DNA from: an uncultured Nitrospina sp.
GTDB taxonomy: Bacteria; Nitrospinota; Nitrospinia; Nitrospinales; VA-1
Assembly (NCBI GenBank): GCA_964510355.1
Contig: CAZEBI010000003.1
Coordinates: 1 to 37,402 of the forward strand
DNA: 37,402 nucleotides
Reading direction: 5' to 3'
The translations under genes and the position numbers were made by a program. The notes under the pieces are model-generated. The model saw only the letters and a list, made by a program, of their open reading frames with translations. It did no database searches and had not been told where the DNA came from. Below, piece by piece: positions 28,130-36,474 of the stretch (within the stretch, counting starts at the first letter, position 1; each line of letters opens with the position of its first letter).

Positions 28130-29053
28130 TTATTTTGTTGCGGGTTTTTCTTTGGCGCGAGGGTGGGCCTTGTCATAGGTTTCGGACAACCTGTCCAGCG
28201 TCAAATGGGTGTATTTCTGCGTGGTGGACAGACTCGAATGCCCTAATAGTTCCTGAATCGAGCGCAAGTCTGCCCCGCTTTCCAAAAGGTGAGTGGCAAA
28301 AGAATGCCGGATCGAATGCGGAGAAACCCCGCCGGCAAAATTCCCCTGCTTGATATATTTTTCGACAACTTTACGCACGCCCCGGGTGGAGATTCCTGTC
28401 CCGCGATAGTTCAGGAACAGTTTTTCCGGGGCAGAGCTAAACTTCCGGGTTTTGTCCATCCTGGCACCCAAATAGGTTTTTAAAGCTTCAACACAAGGGC
28501 GGCCCATGGGCAGAAGGCGTTCCTTGCCTCCTTTTCCCAGTACTTTGATCATGCGCGAATCAAGGTCGATGTCCTCCTGGGTCAGTCCAACCAGTTCACT
28601 GATGCGCAGTCCGCAGCTGTAAAACAGTTCCAACACAGCCCGGTCGCGGATGGGCAGGAACTTTTTACCCTGAGGCAACTCCAAAAGACGGAACATTTCA
28701 TCGATGGAAAAATAAGCAGGCAGTTTATTCTGCATCCGGGGTGCGGGAACAGTCTTGGCAACATTGGTTTTCAGACGGCCTTCCCGACACAGGAAGCGGA
28801 AAAACGAGCTCAATGTCGAAAGTTTGCGCCGCATGGTGGCACCCGAAAAACCTTTCTCATAGAGATAGCCCATGAATGAACGCACCGCCAACCGGTCTAT
28901 TTTTTCAAGTTGAATGGGGGAGACGGCATGACCGGAGTGGATTAGAAAATCCTGGAATTGGGCGATATCATTGAGATAACCTTCCAGCGTATGCGAAGAA
29001 GCATTTTTCTCCACCTGCAGGTAGTTTTTGAACTCCTGTATGGCCTTTTTCAT
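28130..29053 (-). CDS. xerC: tyrosine recombinase XerC/XerD family
   Basis: RHSFATHLLESGADLRSIQELLGHSSLSTTQKYTH. The xerC-hslV-hslU order matches the Bacillus codV-clpQ-clpY arrangement. Confidence 0.88.
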   Translation of the reverse strand: MKKAIQEFKNYLQVEKNASSHTLEGYLNDIAQFQDFLIHSGHAVSPIQLEKIDRLAVRSFMGYLYEKGFSGATMRRKLSTLSSFFRFLCREGRLKTNVAKTVPAPRMQNKLPAYFSIDEMFRLLELPQGKKFLPIRDRAVLELFYSCGLRISELVGLTQEDIDLDSRMIKVLGKGGKERLLPMGRPCVEALKTYLGARMDKTRKFSSAPEKLFLNYRGTGISTRGVRKVVEKYIKQGNFAGGVSPHSIRHSFATHLLESGADLRSIQELLGHSSLSTTQKYTHLTLDRLSETYDKAHPRAKEKPATK

Positions 29054-29325
29054 TGAATAACCCTTTATTTATCAACAATATCAAAATACCTGACCCGAAA
29101 GGGTAAGTCAAGGAACCTGCAAGCTGGGTACTGTGAGTTATATCCACTATGTCTTTTTTCGAAAATTTGATCAGAAAAGCAAGGCCTGTTTTTTGGACCC
29201 TCTATTTATTCGGTAATTTTGCACGGGGTATAAGCAAAGCATTTTGTTTTTGGACAGAAAATATGGGATCATTCAACTAACAAAAGCATCTAAATGAACA
29301 GGCTTTAAACTTCCCGGGAAGGATA

Positions 29326-29883
29326 ATGATGACCGATTCAACAAACCCTGAATTTGAAAAAGAACAACGACAGTCCGGTGAAGGGTTCCGCACGGTATCC
29401 GAAATTCGCCAAAGGCTGGACGTTCTCGCAGAACATGTGGAGTCCAGAAAAGAGGCGCTGGAAGAAGAAATTCAGGAACATTTGCATGAGTCATTAGCCA
29501 ATGCGCGCGACTCGATGGAACGGATCGAAGAAAACATCGCGCCGAAAGTGGAAAAGGCCATCCGCACGAAGATGGAAGAAATCGACCGCAAGATGGTGCG
29601 CATGAACGAAGATGGGCTCGAAGCGGTGCGGCAAGAGCTGGTAAAAGCCACCCCTGAACTTACAAAAAAAATATTGGAAGATCTAGATAAGTTGGTGGCG
29701 GAAAACACCCGCTTTGTGAAAATGGAAATTTTACATGAGATCAAGGAAGAACTCGACAAATCAATTCAGTCGGCAATAGAGCCCGTCAACGATAAACTGA
29801 CCGCATCCAAGACCTTGGTCGTTTCTGCGTTGAGTCTGGCTGGTCTGGCTTTATTGGCAACGATTTGGCTTGTTATCAGGTAA
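29326..29883 (+). CDS. hypothetical coiled-coil protein with a C-terminal transmembrane anchor
   Basis: Glu/Lys-rich heptad-like sequence that ends in LVVSALSLAGLALLATIWLVI. Confidence 0.6.
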   Translation: MMTDSTNPEFEKEQRQSGEGFRTVSEIRQRLDVLAEHVESRKEALEEEIQEHLHESLANARDSMERIEENIAPKVEKAIRTKMEEIDRKMVRMNEDGLEAVRQELVKATPELTKKILEDLDKLVAENTRFVKMEILHEIKEELDKSIQSAIEPVNDKLTASKTLVVSALSLAGLALLATIWLVIR

Positions 29884-30043
29884 TCAGCCAGAACAGGAAA
29901 AAGAAAAGGACGCTGGAAAGGACCACCTGCCAGACGAAGCTGAACCCCGGTCCGGTAAAAAGGATCAAGACCGAACTGGCGCAGAGGATGAGGAATGCCA
30001 GAATATGGCGGGTGCGTTTTTTTAGGATCGGCTCCGGTTCCAT
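29876..30043 (-). CDS. 55-aa two-TM small membrane protein (below the ORF-track cutoff)
   Basis: Hand translation: MEPEPILKKRTRHILAFLILCASSVLILFTGPGFSFVWQVVLSSVLFFFLFWLIT. The ATG is 5 nt after the stop of the upstream gene. No clear SD. Confidence 0.4.
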   Translation of the reverse strand: MEPEPILKKRTRHILAFLILCASSVLILFTGPGFSFVWQVVLSSVLFFFLFWLIT

Positions 30044-30048
30044 AAATT

Positions 30049-30576
30049 TTAACCGTTTTTTTCCTGAACAAGCAGTTTTTTGATATCTTCAAGTGCCAGA
30101 ATTTCTTCCGCCTCCAAGATCAGGTTATCGACCGAAAACTCATCGGCTTCTACTTCGGAAGGGTCAGGGCGAAGGCCCAGACTGGGTGAAGAATCAAGAT
30201 AGTTTTTGATATCCTCCTGACTGAATGTGCTGAGAATAGCATGTGCGAAATTAGTCAGAAGGGATTCCAAATGTTTGACTTGCTCCAAAGGTATGCTGTA
30301 ATGCTCCTGAACCGTCAAGGCATAGCTCATCTTCAATGCACGTCCCCCCAGGTTCAGAGGATGGTTTTCTGGCATGTCGTTGCTGGGATACAGAAATTGT
30401 AGCTTTTGCCGGGCTTTTCTGTGCAGACGAAAATTCAATCCGAATTTTTCTCCTATCAGAAAAGAAAGACCCGCGTGGGTTCCCTCGCGCTCGGCGAGTT
30501 GTAATGCGTCTTGACAATATTCCTGAACTTGTTCGATTTCCATACCTCGGGTCTTTTCAGTTGTGAAGGGTGACAA
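30049..30576 (-). CDS. hypothetical protein (soluble, acidic C-terminus)
   Basis: ORF only, no family recognised. The track start is TTG at 30576; an alternative is ATG at 30543 (MEIEQV). Confidence 0.55.
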   Translation of the reverse strand: MSPFTTEKTRGMEIEQVQEYCQDALQLAEREGTHAGLSFLIGEKFGLNFRLHRKARQKLQFLYPSNDMPENHPLNLGGRALKMSYALTVQEHYSIPLEQVKHLESLLTNFAHAILSTFSQEDIKNYLDSSPSLGLRPDPSEVEADEFSVDNLILEAEEILALEDIKKLLVQEKNG

Positions 30577-30665
30577 CGATATTGTATGCGTAAATGCTAC
30601 CCATTATTCTTGTAATGGGGACAGAAGTAAACCTTTTATATAATCTCACAAGTGTTTTTTGTTGT

Positions 30666-31235
30666 TTACCGGTTATACAATTTGGCGCATAGATAGGCAA
30701 AGAACCGGGTTGCCGAATGAAGGAAGGGTTCCTTCCCTTTTATGGGTTGCACATGGATAAAGTGCATGCCTGCATCGATGGCCCCACCATCGGTCACATA
30801 ATTATCTCCAATCATGCATACTTTGGCAGGGTCCTGCAATTGCAGGAAATCAGTCATGGCAGTCTGGAATCCATGTGGATCGGGCTTGGCGGGCACGTTG
30901 GTGACAACGGTCACGCCCATTTTCTGGAACGCTTGAAACCGGTCTTCCCAGGCATTGGTATAGATGGCTATTTTTAATCCTTTTTCCAGCATAGCGCGAA
31001 TATGGTGGGTCACCGTGAGGCTATATTCTCTGGCGTGATGGGGCCCCAATGTGCCATCGGCATCGAGGAGAACTCCTGCAATGCCTTTTGCGAGGAGCTT
31101 GTCGATGGAAATTTCCTCAAACCGTTTTACCTGCATAAAAGTATCCAGCCTCGAAGGGCTGAAGGGCAGGGCAAGGAGACGGGAGGCTTTGGCCCAGGTA
31201 AGTCCTTCTCTTGTAGCGTTGTTTGTGTTTGACAT
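30666..31235 (-). CDS. HAD-IIIA phosphatase, YqeG-like
   Basis: Motif I LLDADGTL, AKPDP, and motif IV MIGDNYVTDGGAIDAGM. Confidence 0.75.
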   Translation of the reverse strand: MSNTNNATREGLTWAKASRLLALPFSPSRLDTFMQVKRFEEISIDKLLAKGIAGVLLDADGTLGPHHAREYSLTVTHHIRAMLEKGLKIAIYTNAWEDRFQAFQKMGVTVVTNVPAKPDPHGFQTAMTDFLQLQDPAKVCMIGDNYVTDGGAIDAGMHFIHVQPIKGKEPFLHSATRFFAYLCAKLYNR

Positions 31236-31256
31236 ATGATTTTATTTAGCAAGCGT

Positions 31257-31296
31257 GAGGCCAGATAGCAATAAAAAATTATTGTTATCTGGCCTC
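31257..31296. other. long intergenic hairpin / inverted repeat (17-bp arms, 1 mismatch, 6-nt loop)
   Basis: GAGGCCAGATAGCAATA-AAAAAT-TATTGTTATCTGGCCTC, between the stop of the DUF2231-like gene and the start of the HAD gene. No adjoining U-tract. Confidence 0.6.
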
Positions 31297-31301
31297 CACG
31301 G

Positions 31302-31823
31302 CTAGTCGTGGTCGTTGTCTTTATCAGAGTCATCGTGCTCGATGTTTCCTGTGTCAAGCATGGCCTGCCGGTTTGCAGGCAGGTGCGCGTTCGCCGCGCC
31401 ATACTGGTACACCAGTTCTCCGCCAGTGTGGCCTGTTTCGACCAATGGGATGAGAGCGACGAGACTCAACACTGCCAGCCCCAAACGCAGGGAATGCGAA
31501 TTTTTTCTGACCAGCCCGGCAAGTGAAACCAGAAACAAAGAGCCCGCCACCCAGGGGATCATCTCCCCCGCTTCTTCATGTTCCTCAATCACCCTTTCAG
31601 AAACGATTTCTTCTACCTTGTCTTCGTCTTTTTCGCCGAGTTCTACGGCAACGATGGCCGAGGCTCCATAAGCCAGAGCCATGACAGTTACAAGTACCCA
31701 GACCTTTTGTTGTAGAAACTCCCTTTTGATGGCCCACCAAAGCATCAATGCCAGAAAAGGAAGTAAAGAGCCCAAAACGATAGGAAAATGAACCACAACG
31801 GGGTGCAACGGCAAATCAAACAT
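31302..31823 (-). CDS. DUF2231-like membrane protein with an acidic, His-containing C-terminal tail
   Basis: N-terminal LHPVVVHFPIVL signature, four hydrophobic helices, and GGAG 7 nt upstream of the ATG at 31823. Confidence 0.6.
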   Translation of the reverse strand: MFDLPLHPVVVHFPIVLGSLLPFLALMLWWAIKREFLQQKVWVLVTVMALAYGASAIVAVELGEKDEDKVEEIVSERVIEEHEEAGEMIPWVAGSLFLVSLAGLVRKNSHSLRLGLAVLSLVALIPLVETGHTGGELVYQYGAANAHLPANRQAMLDTGNIEHDDSDKDNDHD

Positions 31824-31954
31824 GATAATCTCCTGAGAAAAGTTCATAAACTAATTTGCAACTAGTTTTGGGCAGAAAGTGGAAAACATCCATCCGCACT
31901 ATGGAGCATAGAATTTATGAGTGAACTCAATGAGTTACAGGAGGCATAGGGCAA

Positions 31955-32473
31955 ATGGCGGATGTCCGTGAAGCCAATTTGCTGGTTCTTATGCTGTCGG
32001 GAACCTTCGTGGTGCTGGTGGGGCTCGACCTTGCCAACGATTATTCAGGCGGGGGCACGGGAGCCCATCTGGTTCTGGAGGGACTTCTGTTTGCCATCAG
32101 CGGTGCGGTGTTCATTAGAGGAATCAAACAGTTAGCTAAAGCCCGGCAGAAAATCGAATTACTAAAAGGCGATGTAGAAAAACTGAATGAAGAAAAAGAA
32201 AAATGGAAGGGTGAGACGCATCAACTTCTTGCGGGGCTGTCGGTCAAGATCGAAAATCAGTTTGCCCATTGGCAACTCACCCCGGCTGAAATGGAGGTGG
32301 GGTTTTTATTGCTCAAAGGTATCTCGCTCAAAGAAATCGCTGATATGCGCAATACAAAACTGAAAACCGTGCAACAGCAGTCGCAATCCATTTATCAGAA
32401 AACCAGCCTGGGCAGCCGTTCCGAACTCGCCGCGTTTTTCCTCGAAGACCTGCTTCCTCCAGCGGCCCCTTAG
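31955..32473 (+). CDS. membrane-anchored LuxR/GerE-family HTH regulator
   Basis: Two N-terminal hydrophobic helices, a coiled-coil linker, and LTPAEMEVGFLLLKGISLKEIADMRNTKLKTVQQQSQSIYQK. AGGAGG lies 10 nt upstream of the ATG. Confidence 0.75.
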   Translation: MADVREANLLVLMLSGTFVVLVGLDLANDYSGGGTGAHLVLEGLLFAISGAVFIRGIKQLAKARQKIELLKGDVEKLNEEKEKWKGETHQLLAGLSVKIENQFAHWQLTPAEMEVGFLLLKGISLKEIADMRNTKLKTVQQQSQSIYQKTSLGSRSELAAFFLEDLLPPAAP

Positions 32474-32504
32474 CAGGGGAGGCAGATAGCAATGACTCGT
32501 TGAG

Positions 32505-32565
32505 CCGAGAATACCGGCTGCCCGCGATAAAAAGCTATTGCAAGTGGAGTCCAGCGTCACGCTGG
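32505..32565 (+). repeat. copy A of the 60-nt dispersed repeat
   Basis: CCGAGAATACCGGCTGCCCGCGATAAAAAGCTATTGCAAGTGGAGTCCAGCGTCACGCTGG. Confidence 0.75.
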
Positions 32566-32664
32566 GCATATTTATGACCACAGTCTTTTTGGTTGGAAAT
32601 GGTGACCATGCCATCGCGCCTGTCTTTCAAGGCTTCGGTTTCGGCTATATCGGCCATATGGGAA

Positions 32665-32934
32665 TCAGACACCCATCAATACGGCGTTCAATATCAGCAG
32701 AGGAGGAAAGGCAAACCGGGCCGCCCCAAGGACCAGATCCCTCAGGTTCTGCAAGGTGTGATCTGTGTTTTCCAAAGTTTCTATTTTTACTTGCGCGGTT
32801 TCCAGTTCTTTATCAAGCATCCAGCAAGAGGCCTGGTTATCCTCAGACTGGGCGACATAAACCTTTCCTGCGGCACAACCCGAAACCCAAAAACAAAAAA
32901 TACCAAAAACGAACAAACGCAACCCCTTCTTCAT
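32665..32934 (-). CDS. small lipoprotein, hypothetical
   Basis: MKKGLRLFVFGIFCFWVSGC lipobox, with GGAG 6 nt upstream of the ATG at 32934. A downstream alternative frame stays open (see findings). Confidence 0.55.
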   Translation of the reverse strand: MKKGLRLFVFGIFCFWVSGCAAGKVYVAQSEDNQASCWMLDKELETAQVKIETLENTDHTLQNLRDLVLGAARFAFPPLLILNAVLMGV

Positions 32935-33203
32935 TTCCACTCCAAACAGACGAACTTTATTAAAGAATTTGCCCTGATAGGCAAATCACTCAAAAGCTTT
33001 AGGATTGTGATTTAGGGCCCAAAAAACGCACAGGAGTGAAAATAACGGGGAGGGGTGTTTAAATAACCAGTCCTAGCAGATGTATATAACTCATTTTCTC
33101 GGGATTTGAAACTAAAATAGCAAAAAATGGAGAACCCCTTGATAGTTGGCTCACGCCTAGTGCGGGTGAGCCACCGGAGGCACTTGGTAAGAGCTTGATT
33201 GGA

Positions 33204-33262
33204 CCGAGAATACGGCTGTTCGCTGATAAAGCTATTGCAGGTAGAGTCCAGCGTCACGCTGG
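33204..33262 (+). repeat. copy B of the 60-nt dispersed repeat
   Basis: CCGAGAATACGGCTGTTCGCTGATAAAGCTATTGCAGGTAGAGTCCAGCGTCACGCTGG; about 85 percent identical to copy A. Confidence 0.75.
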
Positions 33263-33411
33263 CGCCTAGTGGCCCGTATAGTTGAAAATTGCCCCGTAAA
33301 TACCTATATTTAACTTAGTCCACTTTCCCCTTTTAGGCCTTTTTTTACAGGGCGATAAATGCGAACAGGGGGGAGTTCACCCTCAACCTTATTTCTAAAC
33401 AGGGGGTCATC

Positions 33412-34107
33412 ATGCCTACCACATTGCCGGAGTCTATTACCGACCAAATCATCGCCGATAAAATTAAGGAATGGGAACAAAAAAAACAAGATCGGCAAGC
33501 GAAAAAAGAGGTTCGGGAAATAAAGATCCATCCGTTTTTGACCATTGCCCGGGATTTCGGGTGCCGGGAAGAAGAAATTATTCCCGGCCTGGAAAAGTCT
33601 CTGGGATGGAAAGTATATGGGCGTAATATGCTCGACCACCTGGCACGAAGAGAGCAACTCAGTCGCAGTTTCATTGAAACCCTGGATGAACACCGGCAAA
33701 ACCTCATTGAGAACTGGGTCAATTTTTTAATCCATTCCGGGTCCATCATGCAACACGATTATGTGGTGAAGATCTCCCGCTTGATCAAAGTAATCGTTGC
33801 CCAGGAGAACGCCATTTTTCTGGGCCGGGGCATCAACTACATCCTCGAAGACAAAAGGGAAGGTCTGCGCATCCGGCTGACTGCCCCGCTCACACAGAGG
33901 ATCAAAAATATTTCCCAGCTCAGAAACATCCCGGAGAAAGAGGCGGAGGATCTTATTGTAGAAACGGACCAGGAGCGGCGGGATTTTATCAAACAAAATT
34001 TCAAAAAAGATTTTGATTCTTGCGAAGATTATGACCTGGTGCTCAATACAATGAACTTTTCCAACGAGACAATATTTAAAACCATTTCCCTGTTTCTCAA
34101 TGCCTGA
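33412..34107 (+). CDS. cytidylate-kinase-like family protein with a degenerate P-loop
   Basis: Layout ..LTIARDFGCREEEI.. (where family members carry ISREYGSGG), then IFLGRGINYIL, RIRLTAPL..RI, and DYDLVLNT. Confidence 0.55.
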   Translation: MPTTLPESITDQIIADKIKEWEQKKQDRQAKKEVREIKIHPFLTIARDFGCREEEIIPGLEKSLGWKVYGRNMLDHLARREQLSRSFIETLDEHRQNLIENWVNFLIHSGSIMQHDYVVKISRLIKVIVAQENAIFLGRGINYILEDKREGLRIRLTAPLTQRIKNISQLRNIPEKEAEDLIVETDQERRDFIKQNFKKDFDSCEDYDLVLNTMNFSNETIFKTISLFLNA

Positions 34108-34125
34108 TAAAAGGAGGTGAACAAC

Positions 34126-34254
34126 ATGACGCTCTGTCCCGTTGCCCTTGCGGTCGGATGCGAGAAATGCCCCATGTTCGAATTCTGTCCGCTTACCACC
34201 GTCCTCGGCGACCAGAAAAAAGAACCAGAAGATAAAAAAGAAGAAAAAGAATGA
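34126..34254 (+). CDS. 42-aa Cys-rich peptide (below the ORF-track cutoff)
   Basis: AAGGAGGTGA (34111-34120) sits 5 nt before the ATG. Hand translation: MTLCPVALAVGCEKCPMFEFCPLTTVLGDQKKEPEDKKEEKE. Confidence 0.5.
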   Translation: MTLCPVALAVGCEKCPMFEFCPLTTVLGDQKKEPEDKKEEKE

Positions 34255-34341
34255 CCGCAGGCAAAGCGCAGATTTTCATCCAGAAACAAACCTGGTTTGC
34301 TCCACAAAGGTTCTACCCACTGGCCTCCGGCGACCCACCGG

Positions 34342-35865
34342 TCAAAACCAGCTTTCGCGGTCCAACGACCGGTATTGAATGGCTTCGGCGATGTGTTCTG
34401 ATTGTAGCGATTCGCAATCGGCAAGATCGGCGATGGTGCGGGAGACTTTTAGTATGCGGTCGTGCGCCCGGGCGCTCAAGCCGAGCTTGTCTATTGCCAG
34501 GGCCATGATTTTTTTCGAGGCCTCGTCGAGTTGGCAGAAGGTTTTAAGTTGCTGCGGATTCATGTTGGCGTTGAAAGTATTTTCGTTATCCGGGTCGAAA
34601 CGGTTTAACTGGATACTGCGCGCTTTTTCGACCCTGGAGGCAATGGCCTGGGAACATTCGCCGCCGGATTCTGATGAGAGGTCTTTATAGTCCAGGGCAG
34701 GTACTTCGATATGCAGATCGATGCGGTCGAGCAATGGGCCGGATATTTTGCCGATATATTTTTTGATCGTCATGGGTGTGCATCCGCATTCGCGTTTCGG
34801 GTCGAAGCGGTAACCGCAGGGGCAGGGGTTCATCGCGGCCACCATCATGAAATTTGCCGGATAGGTGATAGAACCTGCGGCGCGTGAAATCGAGACTTCC
34901 CCGTCTTCCAGGGGCTGGCGTAATACTTCCAGAACATTTCTTTTGAACTCGGGAAGTTCATCGAGAAACAACACGCCGTTATGCGCCATCGACACCTCTC
35001 CCGGCATGGGCACGCGCCCGCCACCGATCAGGCCAGCATCGGAGATGGTGTGATGTGGGGACCGAAAGGGGCGCGATTGCAATAGCCCATTTTTCAACCG
35101 ACCGAGCACACTATGGATTTTTGTGCTGGTGATGGCTTCCTTCTGTGTCATGGAAGGCAGGATAGTCGGGATGCGTTTTGCCAGCATGGATTTACCCGAA
35201 CCGGGTGGGCCGATAAGCAGGATATTGTGCCCGCCTGAGGCGGCGATTTCCAGTGCCCGCTTGACATGGTGCTGGCCCTTGACATCGGTGAAATCCAGCT
35301 CATGCGGGTTGATGTTTTCGGTTTTGGTCGCGGGAGTTACGGGTTGGATATCGAGGTTGCCGCATAAAAATTCCACAGCCTGGGGCAGGGTTTCTATCGG
35401 ATAAACGGGGATGCCTTCTATCACCGAAACTTCTGCCGCATTTTGTGCTGGCAGGAGAACTCCTTCCATGCCATTTTCCTGTGCCATGGCGGTGATGGAG
35501 AGCCCGCCGCGAATGGGTTTGACCCGACCATCGAGAGAGAGTTCACCCAGAACCACCAATTTTTTCAAGCGTTCACTATCAATCATGCCGCTGGCGACAA
35601 GAATGCCGAGAGCGATGGGCAGATCAAACGCCGAACCTTCTTTGCGGATGTCGGCGGGAGCCAGATTGATCGTGATTCTTCGTACCGGCAGGGCCAACTG
35701 GGTGTTGCGAATAGCGGCAGAGACGCGGTCACTGCTTTCCTTGACGGCGGCATCGGGAAGACCCACGATGGACATTCCCGGCAAACCTTGTGAAAGGTTG
35801 ACCTCCACTTCCACCGGGTACCCGTCTATGCCTAAAACCGCTCCACTGTGAACAAGTGCGACCAA
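34342..35865 (-). CDS. comM: YifB/ComM-family Mg-chelatase-like AAA+ ATPase
   Basis: N-terminal Lon-protease-like domain (GLPGMSIVGLPDAAVKES), Walker A GPPGSGKS, and VLFLDELPEF. Confidence 0.9.
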   Translation of the reverse strand: MVALVHSGAVLGIDGYPVEVEVNLSQGLPGMSIVGLPDAAVKESSDRVSAAIRNTQLALPVRRITINLAPADIRKEGSAFDLPIALGILVASGMIDSERLKKLVVLGELSLDGRVKPIRGGLSITAMAQENGMEGVLLPAQNAAEVSVIEGIPVYPIETLPQAVEFLCGNLDIQPVTPATKTENINPHELDFTDVKGQHHVKRALEIAASGGHNILLIGPPGSGKSMLAKRIPTILPSMTQKEAITSTKIHSVLGRLKNGLLQSRPFRSPHHTISDAGLIGGGRVPMPGEVSMAHNGVLFLDELPEFKRNVLEVLRQPLEDGEVSISRAAGSITYPANFMMVAAMNPCPCGYRFDPKRECGCTPMTIKKYIGKISGPLLDRIDLHIEVPALDYKDLSSESGGECSQAIASRVEKARSIQLNRFDPDNENTFNANMNPQQLKTFCQLDEASKKIMALAIDKLGLSARAHDRILKVSRTIADLADCESLQSEHIAEAIQYRSLDRESWF

Positions 35866-36081
35866 TATTTCTTTCCCTTCTCCAAAAATTATCTGCTGAG
35901 AGTTCTTTTCTTCTATGGGTATGCCGATTGCTGAGTCAACCTACACGAGAGGGCTATGCAGGTCAAGCCTGCAAGTTGTGAGGGATTTTTAGGAGGTGAA
36001 TGCGTGGGGGTGTTGCAAAAAAAACCAGTCGATGAGAGCTGCTTTTAAATTTCTTCTGTTTTTAAGCTCGGAGAGGGACAA

Positions 36082-36474
36082 TCACACAGCAGGTCGCGCA
36101 AAAGTTGCGGTTGGGAATGATTTTAATTTTCTCTCGCTGACTAAACCAATATAGAACCCATTTTCCTCAACAACCAAATGTTTGATTCTACATTTTTTCA
36201 TAACTCGTAATGCTTGAGAAGATGTAACCGACTCATTGATCGTCAATAGCCTGAGGTTCATGAACATTCCTACGCTGCAGGAGTCGATATCCAACCCAAC
36301 ATCAATGATTTTGGTATGAATGTCAAAACGAGTGATGATCCCTATATAGTCACCAAACTGCTTTATCAATAAAGCATCACAGTTTTTGGAGTCCATTAAG
36401 GTGAGTGCTTTTCTGACGGGTGTGGAAACGGCTACCTCTTGTTTCACAGCACGCATTAATGTTTTTAGGCTCAT
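36082..36474 (-). CDS. CBS-domain protein
   Basis: 130 aa with two CBS-like repeats (ALLIKQFGDYIGIITRFDI; HLVVEENGFYIGLVSERKL). Confidence 0.7.
   Translation of the reverse strand: MSLKTLMRAVKQEVAVSTPVRKALTLMDSKNCDALLIKQFGDYIGIITRFDIHTKIIDVGLDIDSCSVGMFMNLRLLTINESVTSSQALRVMKKCRIKHLVVEENGFYIGLVSERKLKSFPTATFARPAV

Noticed and set aside
29766-30092. 108-aa minus-strand and 72-aa plus-strand track ORFs between the convergent genes
   Set aside because: Their composition is implausible. The region is better explained by the 55-aa two-TM ORF in another frame.
35991-36035. AGGAGG followed by an 11-codon ORF (MRGGVAKKTSR)
   Set aside because: The SD-to-ATG spacing is only 3 nt and the ORF is too short. 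It lies in the comM upstream region.
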